A DNA stretch of 64,000 bases, taken from assembly GCA_043824255.1 (NCBI GenBank), contig JBDRTG010000047.1:265032-329031 (forward strand), read 5' to 3'. Positions within the stretch are counted from its first letter, which is position 1; every line of letters begins with the position of its first letter. A program made the position numbers and the translations under genes. The notes beneath the pieces were generated by a model, which saw only the letters and a list, made by a program, of their open reading frames with translations, did no database searches and was not told where the DNA came from. Shown here one piece after another: positions 1-9,411 of the stretch. The DNA is from a bacterium (GTDB taxonomy: Bacteria > JAHJDO01).

Positions 1-151
1 AGATTGCCTTCACGAAAAAACATCTGAGATTACAACGTTTCGTTATTAGAAAACTAACTCTGACTGGAATACGTCTCCTGCTTAATCTGCTTTTTACAAG
101 ACTCAGCATTGCTTTTCTACCATTATAAAGGGTCTTTATTTGAGTTAACAT
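1..151 (-). CDS. Radical SAM protein, N-terminal fragment (runs off window edge; third cluster Cys not seen)
   Basis: Manual translation from ATG at 151 (GAGG upstream): MLTQIKTLYNGRKAMLSLVKSRLSRRRIPVRVSFLITKRCNLRCFFVKAI; ITxRCNLRC matches the start of a CxxxCxxC motif like the neighbouring gene. Confidence 0.6.
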   Translation of the reverse strand, partial: MLTQIKTLYNGRKAMLSLVKSRLSRRRIPVRVSFLITKRCNLRCFFVKAI

Positions 152-202
152 TGCTTCCTCTTTAACCTAATTTGTAAAAAAAGTTGTAAAGTTTCTTAAG
201 AA

Positions 203-1288
203 TCATCGGATAGTTCCTTCCAGAAAGCGATATTTAAAGTAATGAGAAAGAGGGAAGGTTATCCTGGGCTCAAAGTAGCAGATATACATATTTGTCTTAC
301 AGAGTTTGCATTTCTTTAGTTCTTCCAATTTTCCCCGATATTCCTTGCTATAAATGGTATTCAACAATCCTTCTTTTAATGGGAAGCCACGCTGCCAATT
401 CATTCCCGTAAGACAGGGGAAGAGGGTTCCATCCTCCTTTATTTCACAGTGATGGTAACCAAAGATACATCTTCCCTCAAAGATTCCCCTCATGGTATTT
501 TGAGAAAAATAATTGGGAATCTGTTTCAGAAAGTATCTGCTATTGACCACATTCTCCATGGGAAGAATAAAACGAACGAACTTTTTAATCTCCTGAATCT
601 CTTCTCTGTTACATTTTACTGGCGTACTCCTTGTGCTCTGCCCTTCGAATACTGGATGGTCGTTACGAGGCTGGAACTTATGAAGCAGACTATTCTCCCT
701 GACTAAGCGGCTAACCTCGTATAGGTCATGGATATTATGAGTGGAGATAATGGAATTAACTACTATAACAATCCTGGGCGCATGTTTTTTTAGATTTTCT
801 ATCGCTCTCCATGCACGGTCAAAGGAGCCCTTTACCCCTCGAATAGTATCATGCCTTTTCTGCAAACCATCTAAACTTATGGAAATCTCGTCTATTCCGG
901 TCCTAGCCAATTTCTTAGCCTGAAACTCGTCTATTTGGAACCCATTGGTTACCATGTGAACATACGGAATCTTCTTCTTGGCGTAGATTAGGCGCTGATC
1001 TAAATCCTCTACTAATAATGGCTCTCCTCCAGTAAGACTAACATAGTAACAGCCCAACCTTTCTAAATCATCAATGATATTTCGGTAAAGGACAAGTGGA
1101 ATGGTCTTCTTTTTGGGATTCCTCCAAATATTGCACATTTGACAGCGAAGATTACATCTATTGGTAATGTAGATACCGCAGGCGATTGGCCGTGGGTTTT
1201 TAAAGAGATAATAATTGAGATGCCAGAATAAGACTTTTTTGATTAAAACTCCTAAGTTATGGCTCGACCCTAAAATTACTTTTCTCAT
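203..1288 (-). CDS. Radical SAM protein with C-terminal SPASM/Twitch-like Cys cluster
   Basis: ITNRCNLRCQMC motif, TGGEPLL, ISISLDG; C-terminal C..GxLFPC..CKLC..C. Confidence 0.9.
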   Translation of the reverse strand: MRKVILGSSHNLGVLIKKVLFWHLNYYLFKNPRPIACGIYITNRCNLRCQMCNIWRNPKKKTIPLVLYRNIIDDLERLGCYYVSLTGGEPLLVEDLDQRLIYAKKKIPYVHMVTNGFQIDEFQAKKLARTGIDEISISLDGLQKRHDTIRGVKGSFDRAWRAIENLKKHAPRIVIVVNSIISTHNIHDLYEVSRLVRENSLLHKFQPRNDHPVFEGQSTRSTPVKCNREEIQEIKKFVRFILPMENVVNSRYFLKQIPNYFSQNTMRGIFEGRCIFGYHHCEIKEDGTLFPCLTGMNWQRGFPLKEGLLNTIYSKEYRGKLEELKKCKLCKTNMYICYFEPRITFPLSHYFKYRFLEGTIR

Positions 1289-2466
1289 TAGATATCTTTC
1301 GTTTTCATCTCTTGTAGTTTACCTATTTTTTTCTTAACCTCTTTCCAGACCTCTTCCACCGTGATAGCTTTTAAACATTTATTGTCCTTGCAATCACTGC
1401 TCTTGACATTATAGACATTCAAGCAGGGACTGCAGGGAAGGTCTTTATAGAAGACTGAGTGCTCACTCCCTACTGGACCGTAGAGAAAGGGAGTTTCTGG
1501 CCCAAAGAAGGATACAGTTGGTAATCTTAGTGCTGCTGCTAAATGGAGAGGTCCCGAATCATTACCAATTAAGAGATGGCAGCGTTCCAACAGAGCAATG
1601 AGTTCTCCTATTGTTATCTGACCACAGAGGTTTATAACCTGAGCAGGGAATTTTAATAGTCTTTGAAAACTTTCAACATATTCTTTATCTTCTTTACCTC
1701 CAATTAAAAATATTCTAATATTTTTTCTTTCAAGTAATCTTTTGCTCAGTTGGGCAAAATTTTCTTTTGGCCAACGCCTATTATAAAATAAGGAGTTAGT
1801 ATTAATATTCATAGAAACCAAAAGTTCAGAGTCATTAACGTGGTTCGTTTTGAACAATTTCTCAATCCTTTTCTTTTCTCTGAATGAAATAGAAGGTTTT
1901 TCTAAGGTTTTATCCTTTGTCTCAAGTCCTAAAACCTGCACCATCTTAAGGAAGATATCCATGATGTGCTTGCTATGGGCAAAAGAGACTTTTCTGGTAT
2001 AAAAGCCATTCCGCCAGAACTTATAGGTCTGAAAACCTACGGTATTCCTTGAGCCGGTGAGAAAGGTAATCAGGGCAGTAAAATTAGTAAAGAACTCAAG
2101 ATCAATTGCAAGGTCAAACTTCTCCTTTCGGAAAATAAGGAAGATTTTCCAAAGACTGATGAGGAAGATGAAAAAATTTCCAACATCCAGACATATTGTT
2201 TTATCTATAGTCTTTAGTACCTGACAGAGTTCTTTATTCTGGGATAAGGTCAAAAAGAGCAACTGACTTTCAGGAAATTTTTTCTTTATGGATTTTAAAG
2301 CGGGGGAAGCAAGCATGATGCTTCCCATTCCCCAGAACTTTATTATCAGAATCTTTCTAATCTCCCCAGTCTTTTTTGCGGGCAAGAATTTCCTTAAGGG
2401 GGATAACAGCATGCAAATCAAAGGCCCGAAATACTGGTCCATTCTTTTCATAGTATCAATCTTCAT
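1288..2466 (-). CDS. Glycosyltransferase family 9 (heptosyltransferase-like)
   Basis: ILIIKFWGMGS, RRWPKENF, LIGNDSGPLHLAAAL, FFGPE, CSPC motifs typical of GT9/WaaF-like proteins. Confidence 0.9.
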   Translation of the reverse strand: MKIDTMKRMDQYFGPLICMLLSPLRKFLPAKKTGEIRKILIIKFWGMGSIMLASPALKSIKKKFPESQLLFLTLSQNKELCQVLKTIDKTICLDVGNFFIFLISLWKIFLIFRKEKFDLAIDLEFFTNFTALITFLTGSRNTVGFQTYKFWRNGFYTRKVSFAHSKHIMDIFLKMVQVLGLETKDKTLEKPSISFREKKRIEKLFKTNHVNDSELLVSMNINTNSLFYNRRWPKENFAQLSKRLLERKNIRIFLIGGKEDKEYVESFQRLLKFPAQVINLCGQITIGELIALLERCHLLIGNDSGPLHLAAALRLPTVSFFGPETPFLYGPVGSEHSVFYKDLPCSPCLNVYNVKSSDCKDNKCLKAITVEEVWKEVKKKIGKLQEMKTKDI

Positions 2467-2629
2467 TTTCTGTTCCCTTGTATTTGGCTTCCATGGTCTC
2501 TAACTTCCACCATAATTCTTTCCTGTCAGAGCATCTTAAAAATCATTTTTTTCGTTTATGATAGTATCAGGAAACTCCTAAAATACAATTTATTATGCCT
2601 CCATCCTCCACACGAACCACATCTGATAT

Positions 2630-4129
2630 TTATAAAATTCGTCTCAAACTCCTCCTTAGAGTGTATAACAGGCCTTTACTCATAATTGACTTCAAGATAT
2701 TTGACCTCAAAATGAGCATTGGATTATGGAAAATCGTTTCTAACAGAGTAATTCTATTTGCCCGTTTTTTCCAACGCAGTAGATCGGAAGGCGAAAAATC
2801 CTTAGTTTTTAGTAAAGGTCTCTCCATTCCCATTAGATAATCGAAAGGTCCAATATTTTCCTTCAATAAATAATTATTCATTTTAGCATGCTTATACAAT
2901 TCAGTTCCTGGAAGAGGAACTGCTATGAAAAATATACAAAAAGCCCCCCTTCTAGCTAATTTGCGAGCAAAATTTAGAGAATTATTAAAAATAATTTCGT
3001 TTTCCCCAGGAATTCCAATAATAAAAAAACAACTCAGTGAAATATTCTCTTGAATAATAAGAGATGCATTTTCTTCCACTTTTTTTAGCGAAAGATCTTT
3101 CTTAATTATATTACTTAAAAAAGATTGGTCTCCTGATTCTACCCCTATGGTTAATCCTAAACAACCAACCTTTTTCATCTTCCTAATTAGAGAGCTTGAT
3201 AACCGATCGGCTCTAATTCCATTGGGTACGTCCCAGTATATCGACAACCCTTCATTTATTATTTTTTCACATAACTCTTCAACTCTTTCGGGAATCAATG
3301 TAAAATTGTCATCTTCAAACGAAATGCGATTTATATTGTAATTTTTGTAAAGAAATTTTAATTCTTCAACTATATTGTCAGGAGATCTAAAACGCCATTT
3401 GCGACCCCAAACCACATTGCTGGAACAAAATGTACATTTATATGGACATCCCCTACTTGTAATAATCCCTGCCCACCTACTACCAGTACTAACCGAATCA
3501 CGCCCGCCAACTCCATACTTAGTAGCATTAAAATATATATCTAACGGAATGAGGTGATAAGCAGGGAATGGTAAATCGTCCAGATTTTTTATTGGTTCTC
3601 GTTCTCCTGAAAACACAATTTCATTTGTTTTCTCCTCTCTGTAATATAACCCACTGACATCACTTATTCCGTCTCCTGCACCTAATGTTTGTATCAATTC
3701 CAATGCTGTTAATTCTCCTTCACCTTTAACTATGAAATCTATATTTTCATCCTTCATAGTATCAAAAGGCATTAAGGAGGGATGTGCTCCGCCAACAAAC
3801 ACAGGTTTATTAGTAATTTCTTTAATAATTTTTACTGTTTCATGCATACTTTCTGATTGAGTTGTAAACGAACACGATACTCCAAAAAAATCAGCTTTAG
3901 ACTTTTTTATGCAATTTTTAATCATATGCGGAGAGAGCCCGATTCTTATTCCTTCCTTATCTATTGGAATCCTATTTTTAAAACCTAAAGCCAGAGCATC
4001 TATTATTTCCACTTCAACGTCGTGTTTTTCAAGATATGAAGCAACGTACATAATACCTAATGGGTACGGAAGAATTATATCTCTACTGTTATGTACAATC
4101 CATGGTATTTGAATTAAGCAAACTTTCAT
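2630..4129 (-). CDS. Cobalamin (B12)-binding-domain radical SAM protein
   Basis: N-terminal PLGIMYVASYL, GGAHPS, GEGE; SRGCPYKCTFC; FEDDNF; GVESG. Confidence 0.9.
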   Translation of the reverse strand: MKVCLIQIPWIVHNSRDIILPYPLGIMYVASYLEKHDVEVEIIDALALGFKNRIPIDKEGIRIGLSPHMIKNCIKKSKADFFGVSCSFTTQSESMHETVKIIKEITNKPVFVGGAHPSLMPFDTMKDENIDFIVKGEGELTALELIQTLGAGDGISDVSGLYYREEKTNEIVFSGEREPIKNLDDLPFPAYHLIPLDIYFNATKYGVGGRDSVSTGSRWAGIITSRGCPYKCTFCSSNVVWGRKWRFRSPDNIVEELKFLYKNYNINRISFEDDNFTLIPERVEELCEKIINEGLSIYWDVPNGIRADRLSSSLIRKMKKVGCLGLTIGVESGDQSFLSNIIKKDLSLKKVEENASLIIQENISLSCFFIIGIPGENEIIFNNSLNFARKLARRGAFCIFFIAVPLPGTELYKHAKMNNYLLKENIGPFDYLMGMERPLLKTKDFSPSDLLRWKKRANRITLLETIFHNPMLILRSNILKSIMSKGLLYTLRRSLRRIL

Positions 4130-4130
4130 C

Positions 4131-5537
4131 TTATGTTTCTATTTTGCTAGCATCAGCGGCTGTTCCTTGCTTTATTAAATAAAAAGCATTTTTAAGGTCA
4201 AAAAGAATTTGCTTAGGCCTGCGAATATCTTGTAGTAAACGTCTAAACACATAAGCAGGTCGTAAGTGAAATTTTTTAGCTCCAGTGCCTCTAAACCTAT
4301 CCATATCTTCAAAAGTAAGTCCTTCGGGAATAAGAAAAGGCCAGTGTCCAAAGAATCCGTCGCCCAATTTATCCTGTATATAATCATCAATAATGCTAGT
4401 GCTTATTTTTCCTTGTTGTAAATACCAATCAAAATATCTGGTCCCAGGCAAAGGAATAGTAAGATGATAACCAACTAATTCAATGTTGTTAAAACCCATT
4501 TTTTCCAATTTCAGTGGGTAGTTAATAGTATCCCCTATCTCTGAAACTGTTTCTTCAGGATGACCAATCATAAAGAGCAGCTGTACGGGAAGGTTATACT
4601 TCTTGGTAATGGCCATGCCTCTAAATATTTTTTCGTCAGAAAGGTTTTTTTGCATTATTTCATTTCTAATTCTTTCATTACCACTTTCAATCCCTACCAA
4701 CAATGATATACAGCCCGCTTCTTTCAATAATTGCACCATTTCATCATCAATTAAATCAATTCTGGTAATCATCTGAAATTTTATTTTCAATTTTCTTTCA
4801 ATTATTAAACTACACAAAGAGATAATATGACTTCTATTAATAGTAGCGGAATCGTCATTAAAAAAAAACTGCTTAGTAAGAGGCATTCTTGTTAGCATTT
4901 CCTCAACGATATTTTGAGAGGATCTGCTACGAACTACCTTACTCATCGCAGCTCTTGCACAATATCCGCATTTATAAGGACATCCTCTTGTTCCTATGAT
5001 TGGGATTATATCCCCTCTTTTAAAAATAGTATTTTCTATGCTTTCAAAAGCAGGGAAAGGTAATTTGTCCAAATCCATAGGTGGGTTTGCTGTAAATATG
5101 CCCGTAGGTTTTTCTCCTTGCAATATTTTATTTATGTGCTCTACAATAATGTTATCCGCTTCTCCACAAATAGCACTATCAAAATAAGGATATCTATTAA
5201 TAACATCAGGGTCTACACTAATGTGAGAATTCCCTAATAATATATGTATTTTGTCTTTAAATCTTTCTTTGACTTCCTTCGCTAATTTTACCGTTGTACG
5301 AATTGTGGGGGTAATAGCGGAAATGCCTAATATTTTTACTTTTTCAGATTCGCACAGGCTTAATATATCCTCTGTAGAATATGCAACATTTGAATTATTA
5401 ATGGTACGAAAAGAAATATTTTCTTTTTTTAGCATTCCTGATAAATAAGAAAGTCCAATGTGATATACCTCGCCTCCTGAATTTGCCAAATGATTAGTAA
5501 CACTAACAGGAGGTTGAATTAATAAAAGGTCTGTCAT
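4131..5537 (-). CDS. Cobalamin-binding-domain radical SAM protein
   Basis: HIGLSYLSG, GNSHIS, GEAD; TRGCPYKCGYC; FNDDS; GIESG. Confidence 0.88.
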   Translation of the reverse strand: MTDLLLIQPPVSVTNHLANSGGEVYHIGLSYLSGMLKKENISFRTINNSNVAYSTEDILSLCESEKVKILGISAITPTIRTTVKLAKEVKERFKDKIHILLGNSHISVDPDVINRYPYFDSAICGEADNIIVEHINKILQGEKPTGIFTANPPMDLDKLPFPAFESIENTIFKRGDIIPIIGTRGCPYKCGYCARAAMSKVVRSRSSQNIVEEMLTRMPLTKQFFFNDDSATINRSHIISLCSLIIERKLKIKFQMITRIDLIDDEMVQLLKEAGCISLLVGIESGNERIRNEIMQKNLSDEKIFRGMAITKKYNLPVQLLFMIGHPEETVSEIGDTINYPLKLEKMGFNNIELVGYHLTIPLPGTRYFDWYLQQGKISTSIIDDYIQDKLGDGFFGHWPFLIPEGLTFEDMDRFRGTGAKKFHLRPAYVFRRLLQDIRRPKQILFDLKNAFYLIKQGTAADASKIET

Positions 5538-6748
5538 TTAATTGCTTTTTCTCCAATATTTTTTATTATACAGTCATAAATATATTTCGCCCGCACACTC
5601 CAATCCCATTCCTTAACAATTAAATTTCTTGCTTCATTGGAAAGCTTCAAATAATAGTCTTTATCACTCAAAAGTTTAATAATTTCCTCAGCGAATTTTC
5701 CATAATCATCTTGAGCCACCTTAATCATCCCTTTAGGATAATAAGTCTTCAATGACTCAAGATCAAAACTGACACCTGGAAGTCCCCAAGCCATAGCCTC
5801 TGCAGCTGCCATGCCGCCACTGTCATAGGTTGCAGGATGAAGCACAATTTTGCTTTGTTTAAAAATATCATATTTTTCTTCTCTATCTCTAAAGCCATGC
5901 GATTCAATATTATCTTGTAACCCGAATTTTTCAATCTTTTCTTTCACCTCTTTCTCAAGAGAACCATTACCTATCATTGCCAGTTTGGCCTGCGGTTTTT
6001 TCTTGCAAACCAATTTCCAGATATCAATAAGTTCTAACACTCCTTTTTGAGGATGAAATCTTCCTACAAAAACAGCATCGTATTTTCTTTTTTCAACAGG
6101 TATAACATTCCCTGAATTTGGATACTCGGTTGAAGGTTTTATATCCACGCCCCCACGAATTACCACGATTTTGTTTCTATTTCTTTTCTTTGTCACAAAT
6201 TTTCTCACATCCGGTTCGCTAGTCACAAAAACCATATCTGCGTATTTATTAACCAACCAATAAGTAGGCAACTGCATCAACCAATAAAATAGACCCTTTA
6301 AAAATCTTTTTCCTCTATAGGGAGAATCTTTTTGCCAAGGTTTTGGGGCAAAAAGATAAAATCCAGCAATCCATCTTGCCTTTTTATTTTTAATCTTCAT
6401 CATAAACGCGGGGATTGAATCCGGCCAGAAATCAGAAGCAGAGTATATAATACATGGTGATTTAAAATGATATTTCCATGATTTCATACATCCAATAATG
6501 ACCCGTGAAAAATAGAGTATAAAAAAACCGAATTTCTTAAATCTTGCAGCTGGCCAAATGATATAATTAACCCCTGTTAAATAATTTCTCTGACACATTT
6601 CAAGCCCTTCTTCCCAGACAAAAATATTTATTTTATGCCCCATTTGCGCCCATCGTTTTGCGCACTTAATAAATATATTATCTCCTCCACTAAAAAAAGG
6701 GCCTAATGCAGCATTAGCAATAATATTAATCGTTGAAACCTTATTCAT
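5534..6748 (-). CDS. Glycosyltransferase family 4 (GT-B)
   Basis: SGGD N-terminal motif; FVGRFHPQKG; DSGGMAAAEAMAWGLP. Confidence 0.9.
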   Translation of the reverse strand: MNKVSTINIIANAALGPFFSGGDNIFIKCAKRWAQMGHKINIFVWEEGLEMCQRNYLTGVNYIIWPAARFKKFGFFILYFSRVIIGCMKSWKYHFKSPCIIYSASDFWPDSIPAFMMKIKNKKARWIAGFYLFAPKPWQKDSPYRGKRFLKGLFYWLMQLPTYWLVNKYADMVFVTSEPDVRKFVTKKRNRNKIVVIRGGVDIKPSTEYPNSGNVIPVEKRKYDAVFVGRFHPQKGVLELIDIWKLVCKKKPQAKLAMIGNGSLEKEVKEKIEKFGLQDNIESHGFRDREEKYDIFKQSKIVLHPATYDSGGMAAAEAMAWGLPGVSFDLESLKTYYPKGMIKVAQDDYGKFAEEIIKLLSDKDYYLKLSNEARNLIVKEWDWSVRAKYIYDCIIKNIGEKAIK

Positions 6749-6847
6749 ACTTTAATCACAAATTATTAAGACATCGAAGTCTTTGTTCTCATGTAAATAG
6801 TATATATGGCGTTGCCACTTAAGCCTGAATCCTGTTCATCTTTCAGA

Positions 6848-7822
6848 TTATACTCTTGCACAAAATCTTATCCAGTCATTAGGCCCTCTCCACTCAGCTT
6901 CTAGATCTTCCAGTATCTGAGCACCCATAGTTGGCTTTCCAACAAAACTCTTTAACACCAATTCCACTGCCTGTAAAAAAGAGAAAAATTGTAGAACAAG
7001 TTTTCTTTCATAGCTAGGATGTAAATAGTGAATATTTGCTTGGGGATAAATTTTTTTAAATATTGACTTAAACTCCAGACGTTCTATTTCTATATCATCA
7101 AACCCTGTTTTTTCAAGCAAGTTAGATATGGATTTTGTATTAAAATGGAAAAGATGTAAATTATTGAAAACACTTTCCCTTATTACCTGTTCCAAAGAGT
7201 CCACATCCTTAGGAGTATAAGGCACTTCCCCAATAAAATAACCGCCATCTTTCAGAAGCTGTTTTATGTCTTTGAGTTCCTCTGTTGGATCTCCTAAATG
7301 CTCCAGTACATGATAGGAAAATATAATATCATAGGCATTCTTATGCTGAGATAACAAATCCTGTATGCTAGTGGCAGTAGGAGTTATGTTAAACTTGTTG
7401 GTAGAAACGCTGGACTCTAATTTCGATGGCTCTACCCCTCCAACTCTTGCACCCCTTTTTTTTAGTTCATGGAGAAACTTCCCATTAGCGGAACCTATTT
7501 CCAGAATGTTCTTGCCTCGTAAACCTATTCCTTTACTGGCTAAATAGCGAAACCTTTCTTTTATTCGCATATTGGTGAAATACCACGAAAATAGACCGAC
7601 TAAATAGGTGGCGGTTTTTTTTCGGTGATAACTTTTATACTTTAGAGAGTATTGCTGGTTATAGAATCTCTGAATTTCATCAAAATCAGGCATAGGATTA
7701 ACAAACGCTAAATCGCAATAATTGCATCTTGTAATATCCCTAAGCATATTGAATTCACTGTTCACTGCTATATTCTTAAACTCTTTGCAACCGCAGGATA
7801 TACACTCAAGCTTATAATTCAT
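6848..7822 (-). CDS. Class I SAM-dependent methyltransferase with N-terminal Zn-ribbon
   Basis: CISCG..CNYC; ILEIGSANG; YHVLEHL; EVP. Confidence 0.88.
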   Translation of the reverse strand: MNYKLECISCGCKEFKNIAVNSEFNMLRDITRCNYCDLAFVNPMPDFDEIQRFYNQQYSLKYKSYHRKKTATYLVGLFSWYFTNMRIKERFRYLASKGIGLRGKNILEIGSANGKFLHELKKRGARVGGVEPSKLESSVSTNKFNITPTATSIQDLLSQHKNAYDIIFSYHVLEHLGDPTEELKDIKQLLKDGGYFIGEVPYTPKDVDSLEQVIRESVFNNLHLFHFNTKSISNLLEKTGFDDIEIERLEFKSIFKKIYPQANIHYLHPSYERKLVLQFFSFLQAVELVLKSFVGKPTMGAQILEDLEAEWRGPNDWIRFCARV

Positions 7823-7833
7823 GATTTAACCAT

Positions 7834-9324
7834 TTAATCTCTAAAAAAATTCTTAAAATAAAACATTTCGTTTTTTATCACACTAAAGAATATAAGACCA
7901 AAACCTGCTTTTAATTGTACGATTACCTTAACAAACGGTAAAAGAAAATAAGGGATTCTTTGAAATGCAGTAAATAAAAATTTACTATTTATTATTTTCC
8001 TCACCCACTTTTTCGGTAATAAAGGCAGGCAAGTAATTAAAAAAGCATATTTTTGGTAATCACCAAAGGAATCATCTTTACCAGTAATACCTATAGAAGA
8101 ATATCTGTTTTTCTTGCCTTTATTTATCATATCAACATCCGACTCATTTATAAGTCCTGCTTTTTTGCCAATTTCTACAATCTTTGTCCCAGGAAAATAA
8201 AGCAGTCTGAAACAATTTATTATATGTGGATGGATTATATTAAAAAAATTTATAGACTCTTTTATTGTTTTTTCACTGTCCATAGGCAAGTTTAAAATAC
8301 AGTCCACTGCAAAATTAAGACCATATTTTCTGCAAGCTTTCGTTATTTTCAAAACCTGCTCGTTTTTTTCTCCACGATCTAAAACAGTCTTTCTTATTTC
8401 AGAACACCCTGTTTGTAATCCAAAATCAACCAGCGTACATCCAGCATCTTTCAGCAGTTTTACAGTTTCTTCTTTTGTAAGACTAGGATGTGCCAGACAA
8501 TTGAAAGGTAAATTTATTTTTTTTTGGTAATCCTTGCTAAATTCTCTCAGCCAATCTATATCCAAAGAAAATATATCATCCATGAAGACAAAATGTTTGG
8601 ATTTATAAACATTTTTTCTCCAGAGAAGTTCAGCGATTACATTTTTTACACTTCGCTGACGTACCCAGTGAAGTGACCCTGAATCCTTGTAGAGCTTTTT
8701 CATAACCTGATTCCCGCAATATGTACAACTGAAAGGACATCCCCTACTTGTTAATACTGAGGGGCTGATTCTATATGAAGGAGGTAACTGTTCATAAAAC
8801 AAATCCTCGTCAGGAAATGGATATTTATCCAAATTGACTTCTAATTCTGGCAGGGAATTTTTTATAATCTCTTCCCCCTCTTTAAACCAGATCCCTCTAA
8901 TGTTCCTTTTCTGTAATCGTGTATTCATTAACTCTAACAGAGACTCCTCTGCTTCTCCTAAAGCAATCATATCTACCTGTGGATTTGAAATAACTTCCTC
9001 TGGCACTACTGTAGGATGAGGACCTCCAAAAATTATAGGGATATGGAAATGTTTTTTAAAAAGGTCTGCTTTTTCAAGCGCCCACTGATAATTAGCAGTA
9101 ACTACGGAAAAGCCTATTAAATCAGGGGTTATCTCTTTTATTTTTTTTAGAAACATGCTGTTTTTGGAGAACAAATTTTTAAGCTTTTGATTTCTTATGT
9201 AAGCTTTATTAAAAAACATTGGATCAAATAGCAAATAAGTCTTATGCCCATATTTCTTAAGATAACTTGAAAGATATCCAATGCCCAGCCACTTGTCCTC
9301 TGAACACACAAATAGTATTTTCAC
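7834..9324 (-). CDS. Cobalamin-binding-domain radical SAM protein
   Basis: LGIGYLSSYL, GGPHPT, GEAE; SRGCPFSCTYC; FMDDIF; GTG start. Confidence 0.9.
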   Translation of the reverse strand: MKILFVCSEDKWLGIGYLSSYLKKYGHKTYLLFDPMFFNKAYIRNQKLKNLFSKNSMFLKKIKEITPDLIGFSVVTANYQWALEKADLFKKHFHIPIIFGGPHPTVVPEEVISNPQVDMIALGEAEESLLELMNTRLQKRNIRGIWFKEGEEIIKNSLPELEVNLDKYPFPDEDLFYEQLPPSYRISPSVLTSRGCPFSCTYCGNQVMKKLYKDSGSLHWVRQRSVKNVIAELLWRKNVYKSKHFVFMDDIFSLDIDWLREFSKDYQKKINLPFNCLAHPSLTKEETVKLLKDAGCTLVDFGLQTGCSEIRKTVLDRGEKNEQVLKITKACRKYGLNFAVDCILNLPMDSEKTIKESINFFNIIHPHIINCFRLLYFPGTKIVEIGKKAGLINESDVDMINKGKKNRYSSIGITGKDDSFGDYQKYAFLITCLPLLPKKWVRKIINSKFLFTAFQRIPYFLLPFVKVIVQLKAGFGLIFFSVIKNEMFYFKNFFRD

Positions 9325-9407
9325 ATTCTGAGTTCCTTCAAAGTAGTTTTTAGATTTTCCCCCGAGAAGACGATGCGTGTATTATATTTGTAAGTAAAAA
9401 GATTCAT
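9321..9407 (-). CDS. Possible 28-aa small ORF or gene remnant filling the intergenic space
   Basis: ATG at 9407, 4 nt after the upstream stop; MNLFTYKYNTRIVFSGENLKTTLKELRM*; TGA overlaps the GTG start of the next radical SAM. Confidence 0.3.
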   Translation of the reverse strand: MNLFTYKYNTRIVFSGENLKTTLKELRM

Positions 9408-9411
9408 AATA

